A stretch of DNA of 56,476 nucleotides, taken from an uncultured Lachnospiraceae bacterium (GTDB lineage: Bacteria > Bacillota > Clostridia > Lachnospirales > Lachnospiraceae). Positions 18,853-26,086 of the stretch are shown here, in pieces (the first letter of the stretch is position 1; the number at the start of each line of letters is the position of its first letter). The stretch lies in contig CACZRV010000037.1 in NCBI GenBank assembly GCA_902783725.1, forward strand, positions 1-56,476, given 5' to 3'. A model generated the notes under the pieces. It was not told the origin of the DNA, did not search any database, and worked only from the letters and a program-made list of their open reading frames with translations. Made by a program: the position numbers and the translations under genes.

Positions 18853-19287
18853 ATGTTCAAACGAGTAGCTCCGTATATCGGGGAGTACCGCAAATATACG
18901 ATCCTGGCCGTCATATTTATGGCGGTCGGGATCGTGGCCAATGTGGCCCCGTATTTCTTTCTCTATCAGATCATCGCGCCGCTCTCGGGCGGCGAGCAGC
19001 AGCGCATCTCCATTGCGCGCTGCATTCTCAAGGATTCGCCCATCGTCATCCTCGACGAGGCGACAGCCAGCGTGGACGCGGACAATGAGCGGGCCATCCA
19101 GGAGGCCATCTCCGAGCTGTGCCGCGACAAGACACTTCTTGTCATCGCCCACCGCCTGAGGACGATCCGCGACGCGGATCAGATCCTCGTCATCGCGGAC
19201 GGACAGATCAGGGAGAGCGGCACGCACGACTCCCTGATGGCCGCGAACGGCGCATACGCGCATCTGGTGGAGCTGCAGGCGTCGTGA
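18853..19287 (+). pseudogene. Internally deleted ABC exporter gene (in-frame fusion of first TM segment to the signature-motif/C-terminal end of the NBD)
   Basis: The 144-aa product starts like an ABC exporter TMD (…[30 protein letters not shown]). It jumps directly to [32 protein letters not shown]…LLVIAHRL. Five TM helices, Walker A and the Q-loop are missing. Confidence 0.7.
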
Positions 19288-19333
19288 GCAAAAGAATTCC
19301 GACATGTTGAGACAAGGGTGATATGGGATAGGA

Positions 19334-19363
19334 GAAGCACTGATTCGTCAGTGCTTCTTTTTT
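19334..19363 (+). terminator. Intrinsic terminator
   Basis: GAAGCACTGA-ttcg-TCAGTGCTTC followed by TTTTTT. Confidence 0.85.
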
Positions 19364-19381
19364 ACGCAAAGATAATCATAC

Positions 19382-19442
19382 TTGACGCGCGTCAAATAAA
19401 ATGATACTATGTTGGCAAGACAATATTTGACGTGCGTCAAAT
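19382..19442 (+). promoter_or_regulatory. Promoter with two palindromic operators (TTGACGCGCGTCAA and ATTTGACGTGCGTCAAAT)
   Basis: Palindrome 1 (19382-19395) contains the TTGACG -35 element. A 17 nt spacer leads to TACTAT (19405-19410) with TGa extended -10. Palindrome 2 (19425-19442) lies just downstream of the predicted start site and before the GAGAGGAG SD. Confidence 0.65.
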
Positions 19443-19456
19443 AGAGAGGAGAAGCC

Positions 19457-20284
19457 ATGAACGGAACGGTATGGAGAGAGAAGCAGGACCTGACATATCT
19501 TAGATGGTCCCATATGCGCAATTCCAGCGGTACAGTCGGGACGTTCCTGAAAGCGGAATCGTCGCTGTCCGGGGAGAAGATATATTATAAATTGTCCAAT
19601 TTTGATCCGGTGAGGGGAGTGGTCGGACACGAGTGTGTCAACGAGATTATCGTGGATCGATTGCTGACAATTCTTGGCGTTGAGCATTTATCGTACGATT
19701 TGATCCATGCGGACATCCGCGTGGATGGAAAGACGTACGAGACGTACCTTTGTGCTTCTGCGGATTTTAAGGAGCGCGGCGAGAGCAAGGTGGCGCTCGA
19801 TGACTATTACCGTCTCAATGCGCTGCCCGGGGAATCGCACTACGATTTTTGTGTGCGAAACGGTTGGAAGGATTATGTAGATACGATAATCGCAGTTGAT
19901 TACATCATCCAGAATCGTGACCGGCACGGGGCCAACATTGAGGTGCTGCGCAATGCAAGAGCGCACACCACGAGAATTGCTCCGTTGTTTGATCACGGAT
20001 TGTCGCTTCTGTATTCCTGTGCGACGGACGAGGAAGCAAAGAAGTTTGATGCCATGGCGGACCGGAAATGTCAGAATTTCATCGGCACTTTTTCCTGCAA
20101 AGACAATCTGAAACTGTTGGGAGGCCGGAAAGACATTTTTCCGGGGAAATTGCAGAAGAAGGACAAGGCGACTTTGTTAGCAGGACTGGACGGCGTGCTG
20201 TCGGAGACATTCCTTGAGGCGATCTGGCGCATGATCCACAAGCGATACACATCGTTGGAGAGTGAAATCAATGAAAACGTATGA
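19457..20284 (+). CDS. Short HipA-like serine/threonine kinase (HipA_C-type core only)
   Basis: 275 aa. Catalytic-loop-like IIQNRDRHGANIEVL (D-x-H-x-x-N) and Mg-binding-like IAPLFDHGLSL correspond to the HipA motifs. A Gly-rich segment NSSGTVGTFLKAE sits where the HipA P-loop sits. The ~150-aa HipA N-terminal subdomain is absent. GC is lower than the flanks. Confidence 0.65.
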   Translation: MNGTVWREKQDLTYLRWSHMRNSSGTVGTFLKAESSLSGEKIYYKLSNFDPVRGVVGHECVNEIIVDRLLTILGVEHLSYDLIHADIRVDGKTYETYLCASADFKERGESKVALDDYYRLNALPGESHYDFCVRNGWKDYVDTIIAVDYIIQNRDRHGANIEVLRNARAHTTRIAPLFDHGLSLLYSCATDEEAKKFDAMADRKCQNFIGTFSCKDNLKLLGGRKDIFPGKLQKKDKATLLAGLDGVLSETFLEAIWRMIHKRYTSLESEINENV

Positions 20285-21068
20285 GATTTATGATCAGGAA
20301 AATGACCTGTCGATTGGCGTATTGCTTTGCTACGAGAAGGAAAAAAGCTTTGTCATCGAGCTTGCACCGGATCTTGACGAGTGGACGGCGCCGCTTCTTC
20401 TGACTGCATTGGTCAAACACGGCGTATACACGATACCCCGGGACATCAGCCTCCTTTGGGTAAAAGGACGGGTAGTTCCGAGCGAGCGGCAGAATATTCA
20501 GGCAATCCTGTCTGCACATAAGCTGAAGGAGTATGACGAGATGAAACTGCTGGAGATAACCGAAGGACGATGCCCGCAGGACAGCATGATCATCCGCAAA
20601 ATCGACTCCCTGCCAGGATATGTTACGGAGCGCAGGAAGAAGAATCTAACGGATTGTCTGGTGTCGAACCATGACTACTGGATTTGCTTCTTTGCGGATG
20701 ATACGGTCCGGAAGGTGAGTTTTTTAAAGCTGTGGAGCAATGAAGAACTGCGGCTCCCGGACAAGCCGGAATTGCTCCGCTCCGCCAAGGTCGGTACGGA
20801 CGGCTATTGTGTGACACTTGACGATACTTATGATATTCCGGCGTCAGTGCTGTACGAGACCGGAACCTTGATCCCGCTGAGGCCGGATGACTTTACTTCT
20901 TACGTCACGAACAATGTGCTCGATACCTCGCAGAGCTGTGAGTTGCTCGAGTGCTCGCGGCAGAATCTGTCCTACCTGATCAAACAGGGCCAACTTCAGC
21001 CAATCCGTGAGGAAGTGAAGGGCAGCTTGTTCCGCAAGGGGGATATTTTGCGGAAAATGCAGGACTGA
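20271..21068 (+). CDS. Kinase-associated protein with C-terminal excisionase/MerR-like HTH (candidate antitoxin/regulator)
   Basis: ATG at 20271 follows a GGAGAG SD and overlaps the kinase gene by 14 nt (an alternative GTG is at 20262). C-terminal LDTSQSCELLECSRQNLSYLIKQGQLQPIREEVKGSLFRKGDIL is an HTH_17-like motif. The N-terminal ~200 aa have no obvious known domain. Confidence 0.6.
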   Translation: MKTYEIYDQENDLSIGVLLCYEKEKSFVIELAPDLDEWTAPLLLTALVKHGVYTIPRDISLLWVKGRVVPSERQNIQAILSAHKLKEYDEMKLLEITEGRCPQDSMIIRKIDSLPGYVTERRKKNLTDCLVSNHDYWICFFADDTVRKVSFLKLWSNEELRLPDKPELLRSAKVGTDGYCVTLDDTYDIPASVLYETGTLIPLRPDDFTSYVTNNVLDTSQSCELLECSRQNLSYLIKQGQLQPIREEVKGSLFRKGDILRKMQD

Positions 21069-21090
21069 CCCGGCGAACAGGAAGTCGGAA

Positions 21091-21119
21091 TTGTTTTTCT
21101 CTGGAAAATGTGCTATACT
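21091..21119 (+). promoter_or_regulatory. Sigma-A-like promoter for the ZIP transporter gene
   Basis: TTGTTT, 17 nt spacer, TATACT with TGc extended -10. Confidence 0.5.
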
Positions 21120-21125
21120 TCAGAT

Positions 21126-21143
21126 GGTTAGCGCAGACTAACC
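21126..21143 (+). promoter_or_regulatory. GTTAG...CTAAC palindrome/5' hairpin, copy 4
   Basis: GGTTAG-CGCAGA-CTAACC begins 6 nt after the -10 hexamer and ends just before the GGAAAGAAGG SD. Confidence 0.45.
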
Positions 21144-21161
21144 GGAAAGAAGGCGGCGTCT

Positions 21162-21947
21162 ATGTGGAGTAAGGATGTAATTCTCGGATTGCTGATCCCG
21201 TTCGCGGGCACCGCGGGCGGTGCGGCCTGCGTGTTCTTCATGCGCGGGCAGATGAACGAAAAGGTGCAGCGCGCGCTGACCGGATTTGCGGCCGGCGTGA
21301 TGGTTGCGGCGTCAATCTGGAGTTTGTTGATTCCGGCGATGGAGCAGTCCGCAGGCAAGGGGCGCTGGGCTTTTGTGCCTGCAGTCATCGGCTTCTGGTG
21401 CGGCGTGCTGCTTTTGCTGTTCCTCGACTCGGTCATTCCGCATTTGCATGTGGACAGCGATAAGCCGGAAGGCCTTAAGAGCAACCTGGCGCGGACAACG
21501 ATGATGGTGCTGGCGGTGACGCTTCATAACATCCCCGAGGGAATGGCAGTGGGAGTCGTTTACGCGGGCTTTCTTGCCGACAATGCGGAGATTTCCATCG
21601 GCGCGGCGCTGGCGTTGTCGATCGGTATCGCGATCCAGAATTTTCCGGAGGGCGCGATCATCTCAATGCCTTTGCACGCCAACGGAAAGAGTCGCCTTGC
21701 GGCGTTTCGCGACGGCGCGCTGTCGGGCGCTGTGGAGCCTGTCTTCGGAGCCCTGACGATTCTCGCTGCTGCACTTTTGGTGCCGACGATGCCGTACCTT
21801 TTAAGTTTCGCGGCCGGCGCCATGATGTACGTCGTGGTGGAGGAGCTGGTGCCGGAGATGTCAGCGGGAGAGCACAGTAATATCGGCGTTTTGATGTTCT
21901 CCGTGGGCTTTACGGTGATGATGGCGCTGGACGTGGCACTCGGCTGA
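21162..21947 (+). CDS. ZIP family metal (zinc) transporter
   Basis: 261 aa polytopic protein with the ZIP signature blocks HNIPEGMAVG and QNFPEGAIISMPL. Confidence 0.85.
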   Translation: MWSKDVILGLLIPFAGTAGGAACVFFMRGQMNEKVQRALTGFAAGVMVAASIWSLLIPAMEQSAGKGRWAFVPAVIGFWCGVLLLLFLDSVIPHLHVDSDKPEGLKSNLARTTMMVLAVTLHNIPEGMAVGVVYAGFLADNAEISIGAALALSIGIAIQNFPEGAIISMPLHANGKSRLAAFRDGALSGAVEPVFGALTILAAALLVPTMPYLLSFAAGAMMYVVVEELVPEMSAGEHSNIGVLMFSVGFTVMMALDVALG

Positions 21948-21972
21948 TCAAAGATTTATACGGAAAATGAAC

Positions 21973-22017
21973 ACGGACCGTTCGCTTCCCTTTCGGAAGC
22001 CGCGGTCCGTATTTTTG
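21973..22017. terminator. Bidirectional intrinsic terminator between convergent genes
   Basis: ACGGACCG...CGGTCCGT stem enclosing a second small stem (GCTTCC...GGAAGC), followed by ATTTTTGTTG. Confidence 0.7.
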
Positions 22018-22064
22018 TTGTTATTTACCTGTGTAGCGTTTGACTGCGCTGCCTGAACGGTTCG

Positions 22065-23384
22065 TTACGCCTGAGCGGTGTTGTCCGCAGCCGGTGCTGC
22101 GTCTGTTGCAGCCGCCACAACCTCCTCGGCAGCGATCGCTTCGCCCTCGGGAGCGGTTTCATTTTCCGCGGAATCCGGAACATCGTCGCCCTCCGCACTG
22201 TCGGCCTCGCACTCTGCGTCCTTCCACTTGTTGAAGCACAGCTTTAAGGTGATGGGCGTCACGATGGAGGAGACGATGATCAAAAGGATGACTGCCGTGA
22301 AGTAGTCTGACGACATCAGGCCGACCTTCAGGCCCTTCTGGGAGATGATGAGGGCAACCTCGCCGCGGGTCATCATGCCGCAGCCGATCTTGAGAGCCTC
22401 GTTGTTCTTAAACTTGCACAGCTTGGCCATGACACCGCAGCCGATAACCTTCGTGGCCATCGCGACGATGACGAACAAAACCGAGAAGACGAGGAGACTC
22501 ACGCTCATGGTGTCGATGGAGGTCTTGATACCGATGGAGGCAAAGAAGACCGGGCCGAAGAGCATGTAGGAGTTGATGTCCATCTTCTCCGCGATGTATT
22601 TCGAGTCGCGGACGTTGCACAGAATGATACCCGCGACAAATGCGCCCGTGATGTCCGCAATGCCGAAGAATTTTTCGGCGGAGTAGGAGATCAGAAGGCA
22701 CAGCGCGAGGCCCGCGATGGGGATGCGGCGCGTGTGCGGGTGCATCTGGTCGTATTTGCGGAAGAGGCGGTAAAATACGTAGCCCAAGAGGAACGCAGCG
22801 GCGAAGAAGAGCGCCGTGTTGCGGATCGTCGTCAGGGGACTTAAGGACTCGTCCTTTAAGCCGAGCACGAAGGTGAGCACGATGATGCCGATGACGTCGT
22901 CGATGATGGCGGCGCTTAGGATGGTCGTGCCGACGCGGCCCTTTAAGTAGCCCATCTCGCGCAGTGCCTCAACGGTGATGCCGACGCTTGTGGCGGTCAT
23001 GATGCAGCCGATGAAGATCGCCTCATGAAATCCGGCGCCGGAGAAGGAGTGCACGCCGTAGTAGAGCATATACAATGCCGTGCCGCCCGCCATCGGGACC
23101 GCCACGCCGAAGCACGCGATCAGCGTTGCCACGAGGCCGGAGCGCGCGAGCTGGCGCAGGTTGGTCTCAAGTCCCGCGGAGAACATCAAAAGGACGACGC
23201 CGATCTCCGCCATGGTCGCGAGGAACTCCGATGCCTGCACCCAGCCGAGGACGGCCGGTCCGAGCAAAAGTCCTGCGAGAATCTCACCGACAACCTGCGG
23301 TGCTTTCAATTTTCTTGCGATAATGCCGAACATCTTCGCGAAGATGATGATCAGCGCCAAATCCAGAAATACTTCATAACCCAT
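22065..23384 (-). CDS. Cation:proton antiporter (CPA2/Kef-type Na+/H+ exchanger family) with acidic C-terminal tail
   Basis: 439 aa, ~12 TM. N-terminal block ...ARKLKAPQVVGEILAGLLLGP is typical of Na_H_Exchanger family proteins. Confidence 0.8.
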   Translation of the reverse strand: MGYEVFLDLALIIIFAKMFGIIARKLKAPQVVGEILAGLLLGPAVLGWVQASEFLATMAEIGVVLLMFSAGLETNLRQLARSGLVATLIACFGVAVPMAGGTALYMLYYGVHSFSGAGFHEAIFIGCIMTATSVGITVEALREMGYLKGRVGTTILSAAIIDDVIGIIVLTFVLGLKDESLSPLTTIRNTALFFAAAFLLGYVFYRLFRKYDQMHPHTRRIPIAGLALCLLISYSAEKFFGIADITGAFVAGIILCNVRDSKYIAEKMDINSYMLFGPVFFASIGIKTSIDTMSVSLLVFSVLFVIVAMATKVIGCGVMAKLCKFKNNEALKIGCGMMTRGEVALIISQKGLKVGLMSSDYFTAVILLIIVSSIVTPITLKLCFNKWKDAECEADSAEGDDVPDSAENETAPEGEAIAAEEVVAAATDAAPAADNTAQA

Positions 23385-23557
23385 GTCATCTTACCTCTAG
23401 CGCATAAAGCAACGCCGGACAATCCCGGCGCCCTTACGATTGTAGCGTGTAAAAAATAAAATGCAAGCACATTTTTCGAAATCCGCGAAAAATGGAACAC
23501 TTTTTTGCACATTTTCCGCATTTCTTTGTCTTTTGTGTGAAGTGAGCAAAAGGCAAA

Positions 23558-23586
23558 TTGACGAAAAGGTGGGGTTATGGTATATT
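23558..23586 (+). promoter_or_regulatory. Sigma-A-like promoter
   Basis: TTGACG, 17 nt spacer, TATATT. Confidence 0.55.
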
Positions 23587-23642
23587 CTATGTGTCTTAAT
23601 GCGGAGAAATGTTACTGTGTTTTTTGTTCGGGAAGCGAGGGG

Positions 23643-24044
23643 ATGACGGTGAATATCGGATTAATAGCGGATGATACAAGAAAAGCGCTGATGCAGAATC
23701 TGTGCATCGCGTACAAAGGAATACTGTGCAAGCATGAGTTGTATTCGACCGGCGTGACCGGCCGTATGATCGAGGAGGCCACGAACCTTCACATTCATAA
23801 GTTTCTGTCGGGCAGCCTCGGCGGCGAGCAGCAGCTTGCGATGATGATCGAGCAGAACCAGCTGGATATGGTGATCTTCCTGCGCAACACGGACCGCGCG
23901 GTGAACTACGAGGTGCAGTTCAACTACGTGATCCCGCTGTGCGACGAGTACAGCATTCCGCTGGCGACGAACATCGCCACGGCGGAGATGCTCCTCAAGG
24001 GAATGAACAACGGCGATCTGGAGTGGCGCAACCTGTATCGATAG
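23643..24044 (+). CDS. Methylglyoxal synthase-like protein with substituted catalytic residues
   Basis: 133 aa from MTVNIGLIADD. It aligns by eye with MgsA (LYSTGVTG, SGSLGGEQQ, IPLATNIATAE). The MgsA catalytic positions read AHD->ADD, GGDQQ->GGEQQ, RDP->RNT and PHEPD->NYEVQ. Confidence 0.7.
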   Translation: MTVNIGLIADDTRKALMQNLCIAYKGILCKHELYSTGVTGRMIEEATNLHIHKFLSGSLGGEQQLAMMIEQNQLDMVIFLRNTDRAVNYEVQFNYVIPLCDEYSIPLATNIATAEMLLKGMNNGDLEWRNLYR

Positions 24045-24078
24045 GAGCTCGGTTTACAGAATTGCAAGTGCCGGGCGA

Positions 24079-24107
24079 TTGACTTGAATAACGGAATATG
24101 ATACTTT
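24079..24107 (+). promoter_or_regulatory. Sigma-A-like promoter
   Basis: TTGACT, 17 nt spacer, TACTTT with TGa extended -10. Confidence 0.55.
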
Positions 24108-24109
24108 AG

Positions 24110-24149
24110 TAGATGGATGATTCATGGGGTTTCATCCATCTATTTTTTT
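24110..24149 (+). promoter_or_regulatory. Terminator-like leader hairpin (candidate attenuator) between promoter and SD
   Basis: 11-bp stem TAGATGGATGA/TCATCCATCTA with an 11-nt loop, followed by TTTTTTT and then the GGAGG SD (24153-24157). It starts 3 nt after the -10 hexamer. Confidence 0.5.
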
Positions 24150-24162
24150 ACTGGAGGTGTCT

Positions 24163-24846
24163 ATGAAGAAGGTATTACGGTTACTGGCGATTCTCGCCGC
24201 GGTTCTTCTGTTCGTACTGCCGAACAATCTGGCAAAGGCAAGCGAGGAAGAGGTCGCCGAGATGACGATTTTCTCGGACGGCAGCGGCGGCACACTTGGG
24301 GTCGGAACTCATGCATTTCTGTATTTTGAGAACATCTCAAGTCACAACATTTCGGTTCTCGGGAACGTCGTGGCGCCCGGCAGGGGCATTACGGTGGGAA
24401 CCTTCGGCAACAAGGCCGACGGTCTCGGAATCTACATCAATCTCGAGGCGTACGGCATCGAGCACGGCGACGGTTATGCAAACCGCGTGTCCCTCACGAT
24501 CCGTCTGACGCAGTCGAAGCTTAACCAGGTGAATTCCACCATGGAGGGCAACAACAAGTGGACCCTCACGAAGAACTGCGCCTGGTTCGCGACCCAGGCC
24601 TGGAACAAGGTCTGCCCGTCCAACAAGAAGCTGTCCGCCGGCCTCATTCCGACTCCGGCGACGCTGTCGAAGAACATCAAGAAGGTCTCCGGCTATGTGA
24701 CGAAGAAGAGCGTGGCGAAGGCATATGTAGGCAGCAACACGAGCGCTGTGAAGCGCCACAAGAACGGCACGAACTACGCTGTATCCGCGGGCACGCTTGA
24801 CGGCAGCGGCAACAGTAGCAGCAGCTTCTTCAGCAGCGGCTCGTAA
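24163..24846 (+). CDS. Secreted protein with permuted NlpC/P60 (LRAT-like) His...Cys motifs
   Basis: Signal peptide MKKVLRLLAILAAVLLFVLPNNLAKA. A His motif GTHAFLYFEN is followed ~100 aa later by NCAWFATQAWN, resembling the LRAT/YiiX-type NCEHF Cys motif. Ser/Gly-rich tail. Confidence 0.5.
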   Translation: MKKVLRLLAILAAVLLFVLPNNLAKASEEEVAEMTIFSDGSGGTLGVGTHAFLYFENISSHNISVLGNVVAPGRGITVGTFGNKADGLGIYINLEAYGIEHGDGYANRVSLTIRLTQSKLNQVNSTMEGNNKWTLTKNCAWFATQAWNKVCPSNKKLSAGLIPTPATLSKNIKKVSGYVTKKSVAKAYVGSNTSAVKRHKNGTNYAVSAGTLDGSGNSSSSFFSSGS

Positions 24847-24870
24847 TTCCGTTCGTAATCGAGGCGTAAA

Positions 24871-25149
24871 ATGGGAAACATTCTGGTTCATGTGACCGAA
24901 CAGTCCGAGCAGGGCGCGATGCTCCATCTGGAGTCGTTGTCCTCGGCTGAAAAAATCTGCCGCATCGTGGTGCGCACATCGGGCGACCGGACGATTCTGT
25001 GCGTCCGCACGTCCCTTCTGTGGCCGTTTCGTCAGCGCAAGGATGTGTGGCTTCCGGACGGAATTCCCGACCCTCTGTACGTCGCGGAGAACTCCGGCAA
25101 ACCGTACCGCGTGAACGTGCTGCCGGTGCAGGCGGAAAATGAAACATAA
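24871..25149 (+). CDS. Hypothetical protein (92 aa)
   Basis: ORF with GAGG SD 6 nt upstream and a strong terminator immediately downstream. No recognisable motif. Confidence 0.45.
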   Translation: MGNILVHVTEQSEQGAMLHLESLSSAEKICRIVVRTSGDRTILCVRTSLLWPFRQRKDVWLPDGIPDPLYVAENSGKPYRVNVLPVQAENET

Positions 25150-25157
25150 CAAAATCA

Positions 25158-25199
25158 GCGGACCGACTCCCGGTGTGGGCTTCGGTCCGCTTTTATTTT
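25158..25199. terminator. Bidirectional intrinsic terminator
   Basis: GCGGACCGA...TCGGTCCGC followed by TTTTATTTT and preceded by AAAA. Lies between convergent genes. Confidence 0.8.
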
Positions 25200-25264
25200 G
25201 CTGTCAGTTTCGTAATTTAGCTTCCTGCGTTGGGGCGCGGATTCATTTTCCGCGGGAGCGCCGC

Positions 25265-25744
25265 TCAGGAGTTTTTTGCGATGATCCTCGTTCGCACGAT
25301 CGTGACGATGATGGCAATCAGGAAGAGAACGAGCAGGGCCGGCATCAGGAAGGACGGCGCGTTGCAGTTCTTCACCTGGCACACGAACAGGGTCGTCATG
25401 GTTGCCGTGATGAGCACGAGCATGGTGTTCAGCATGTTGCGGACGCAGGCGCCGAGCAGGGGGGCATTTTCCGCGGTGATGGTGACACCGGGGAGGTTCC
25501 AGCAGACCGGGAACATGCTGACGATGACAAGCACCGGAAGCATGAAGAGCTCGAACGCGGGAAATGTAAAGATTGCGGAGCGGCTTCCGTAGCTGCCGAT
25601 CTTGCCCGTGAGGCCGAACTGCGTCGGGATCTCCTCGGGCAGTTTTTTATAGATGATGATGCACGTGAAGAGCGAGATGAGTGCGGCCAGAATGCACAGG
25701 CTGTATATGATGAGGTCGATTTTGCGCAGCGCGAATCGTTTCAT
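25265..25744 (-). CDS. DUF1648/SdpI-N-like integral membrane protein
   Basis: 159 aa, four TM segments. LPEEIPTQFGLTGKIGSYGSR matches the characteristic 'P.H(F/W)...G.....G(S/K)' motif of DUF1648. Confidence 0.6.
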   Translation of the reverse strand: MKRFALRKIDLIIYSLCILAALISLFTCIIIYKKLPEEIPTQFGLTGKIGSYGSRSAIFTFPAFELFMLPVLVIVSMFPVCWNLPGVTITAENAPLLGACVRNMLNTMLVLITATMTTLFVCQVKNCNAPSFLMPALLVLFLIAIIVTIVRTRIIAKNS

Positions 25745-25768
25745 GAGGATTCTCCTTCGGTTATTTCG

Positions 25769-25963
25769 TCAAATGTCGAACTCCGGCGGAACGTCAAGCT
25801 CCTTCGGGCGCGGGCTGCCGTTCTTCTTTCGCTGGCGGACGCACTCGGTTAAGAGGTACTCAATCTGGCCGTTGATCGACCGGAAATCGTCCTCCGCCCA
25901 GGCGGCAATCGCATTGTACAACTGCTCCGAGAGTCGGAGCGGAATCTGTTTCTTTTCGGCCAT
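25769..25963 (-). CDS. Arc/MetJ-type ribbon-helix-helix DNA-binding protein
   Basis: 64 aa. KQIPLRLSEQLYNAIAAWAEDDFRSINGQIEYLL is a typical Arc-like RHH (beta strand, two helices, RS.N motif). Confidence 0.65.
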   Translation of the reverse strand: MAEKKQIPLRLSEQLYNAIAAWAEDDFRSINGQIEYLLTECVRQRKKNGSPRPKELDVPPEFDI

Positions 25964-26086
25964 GGAAAAACCACGAAAACGGGGGGCTCGTCTTCGCGAT
26001 ACCTCCTTTCTGAATCAGGGGTATGCGGATGGACCGCCGTTAGGGCAGTCCACCCGCGCTTTTATTATGATCTGTTGTCAGCTAAT

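Noticed and set aside
22040-22305. Small + strand ORFs over the acidic tail of the antiporter gene.
   Set aside because: They are shadow frames of a repetitive Ala/Glu/Asp-rich coding tail and have no translation signals.
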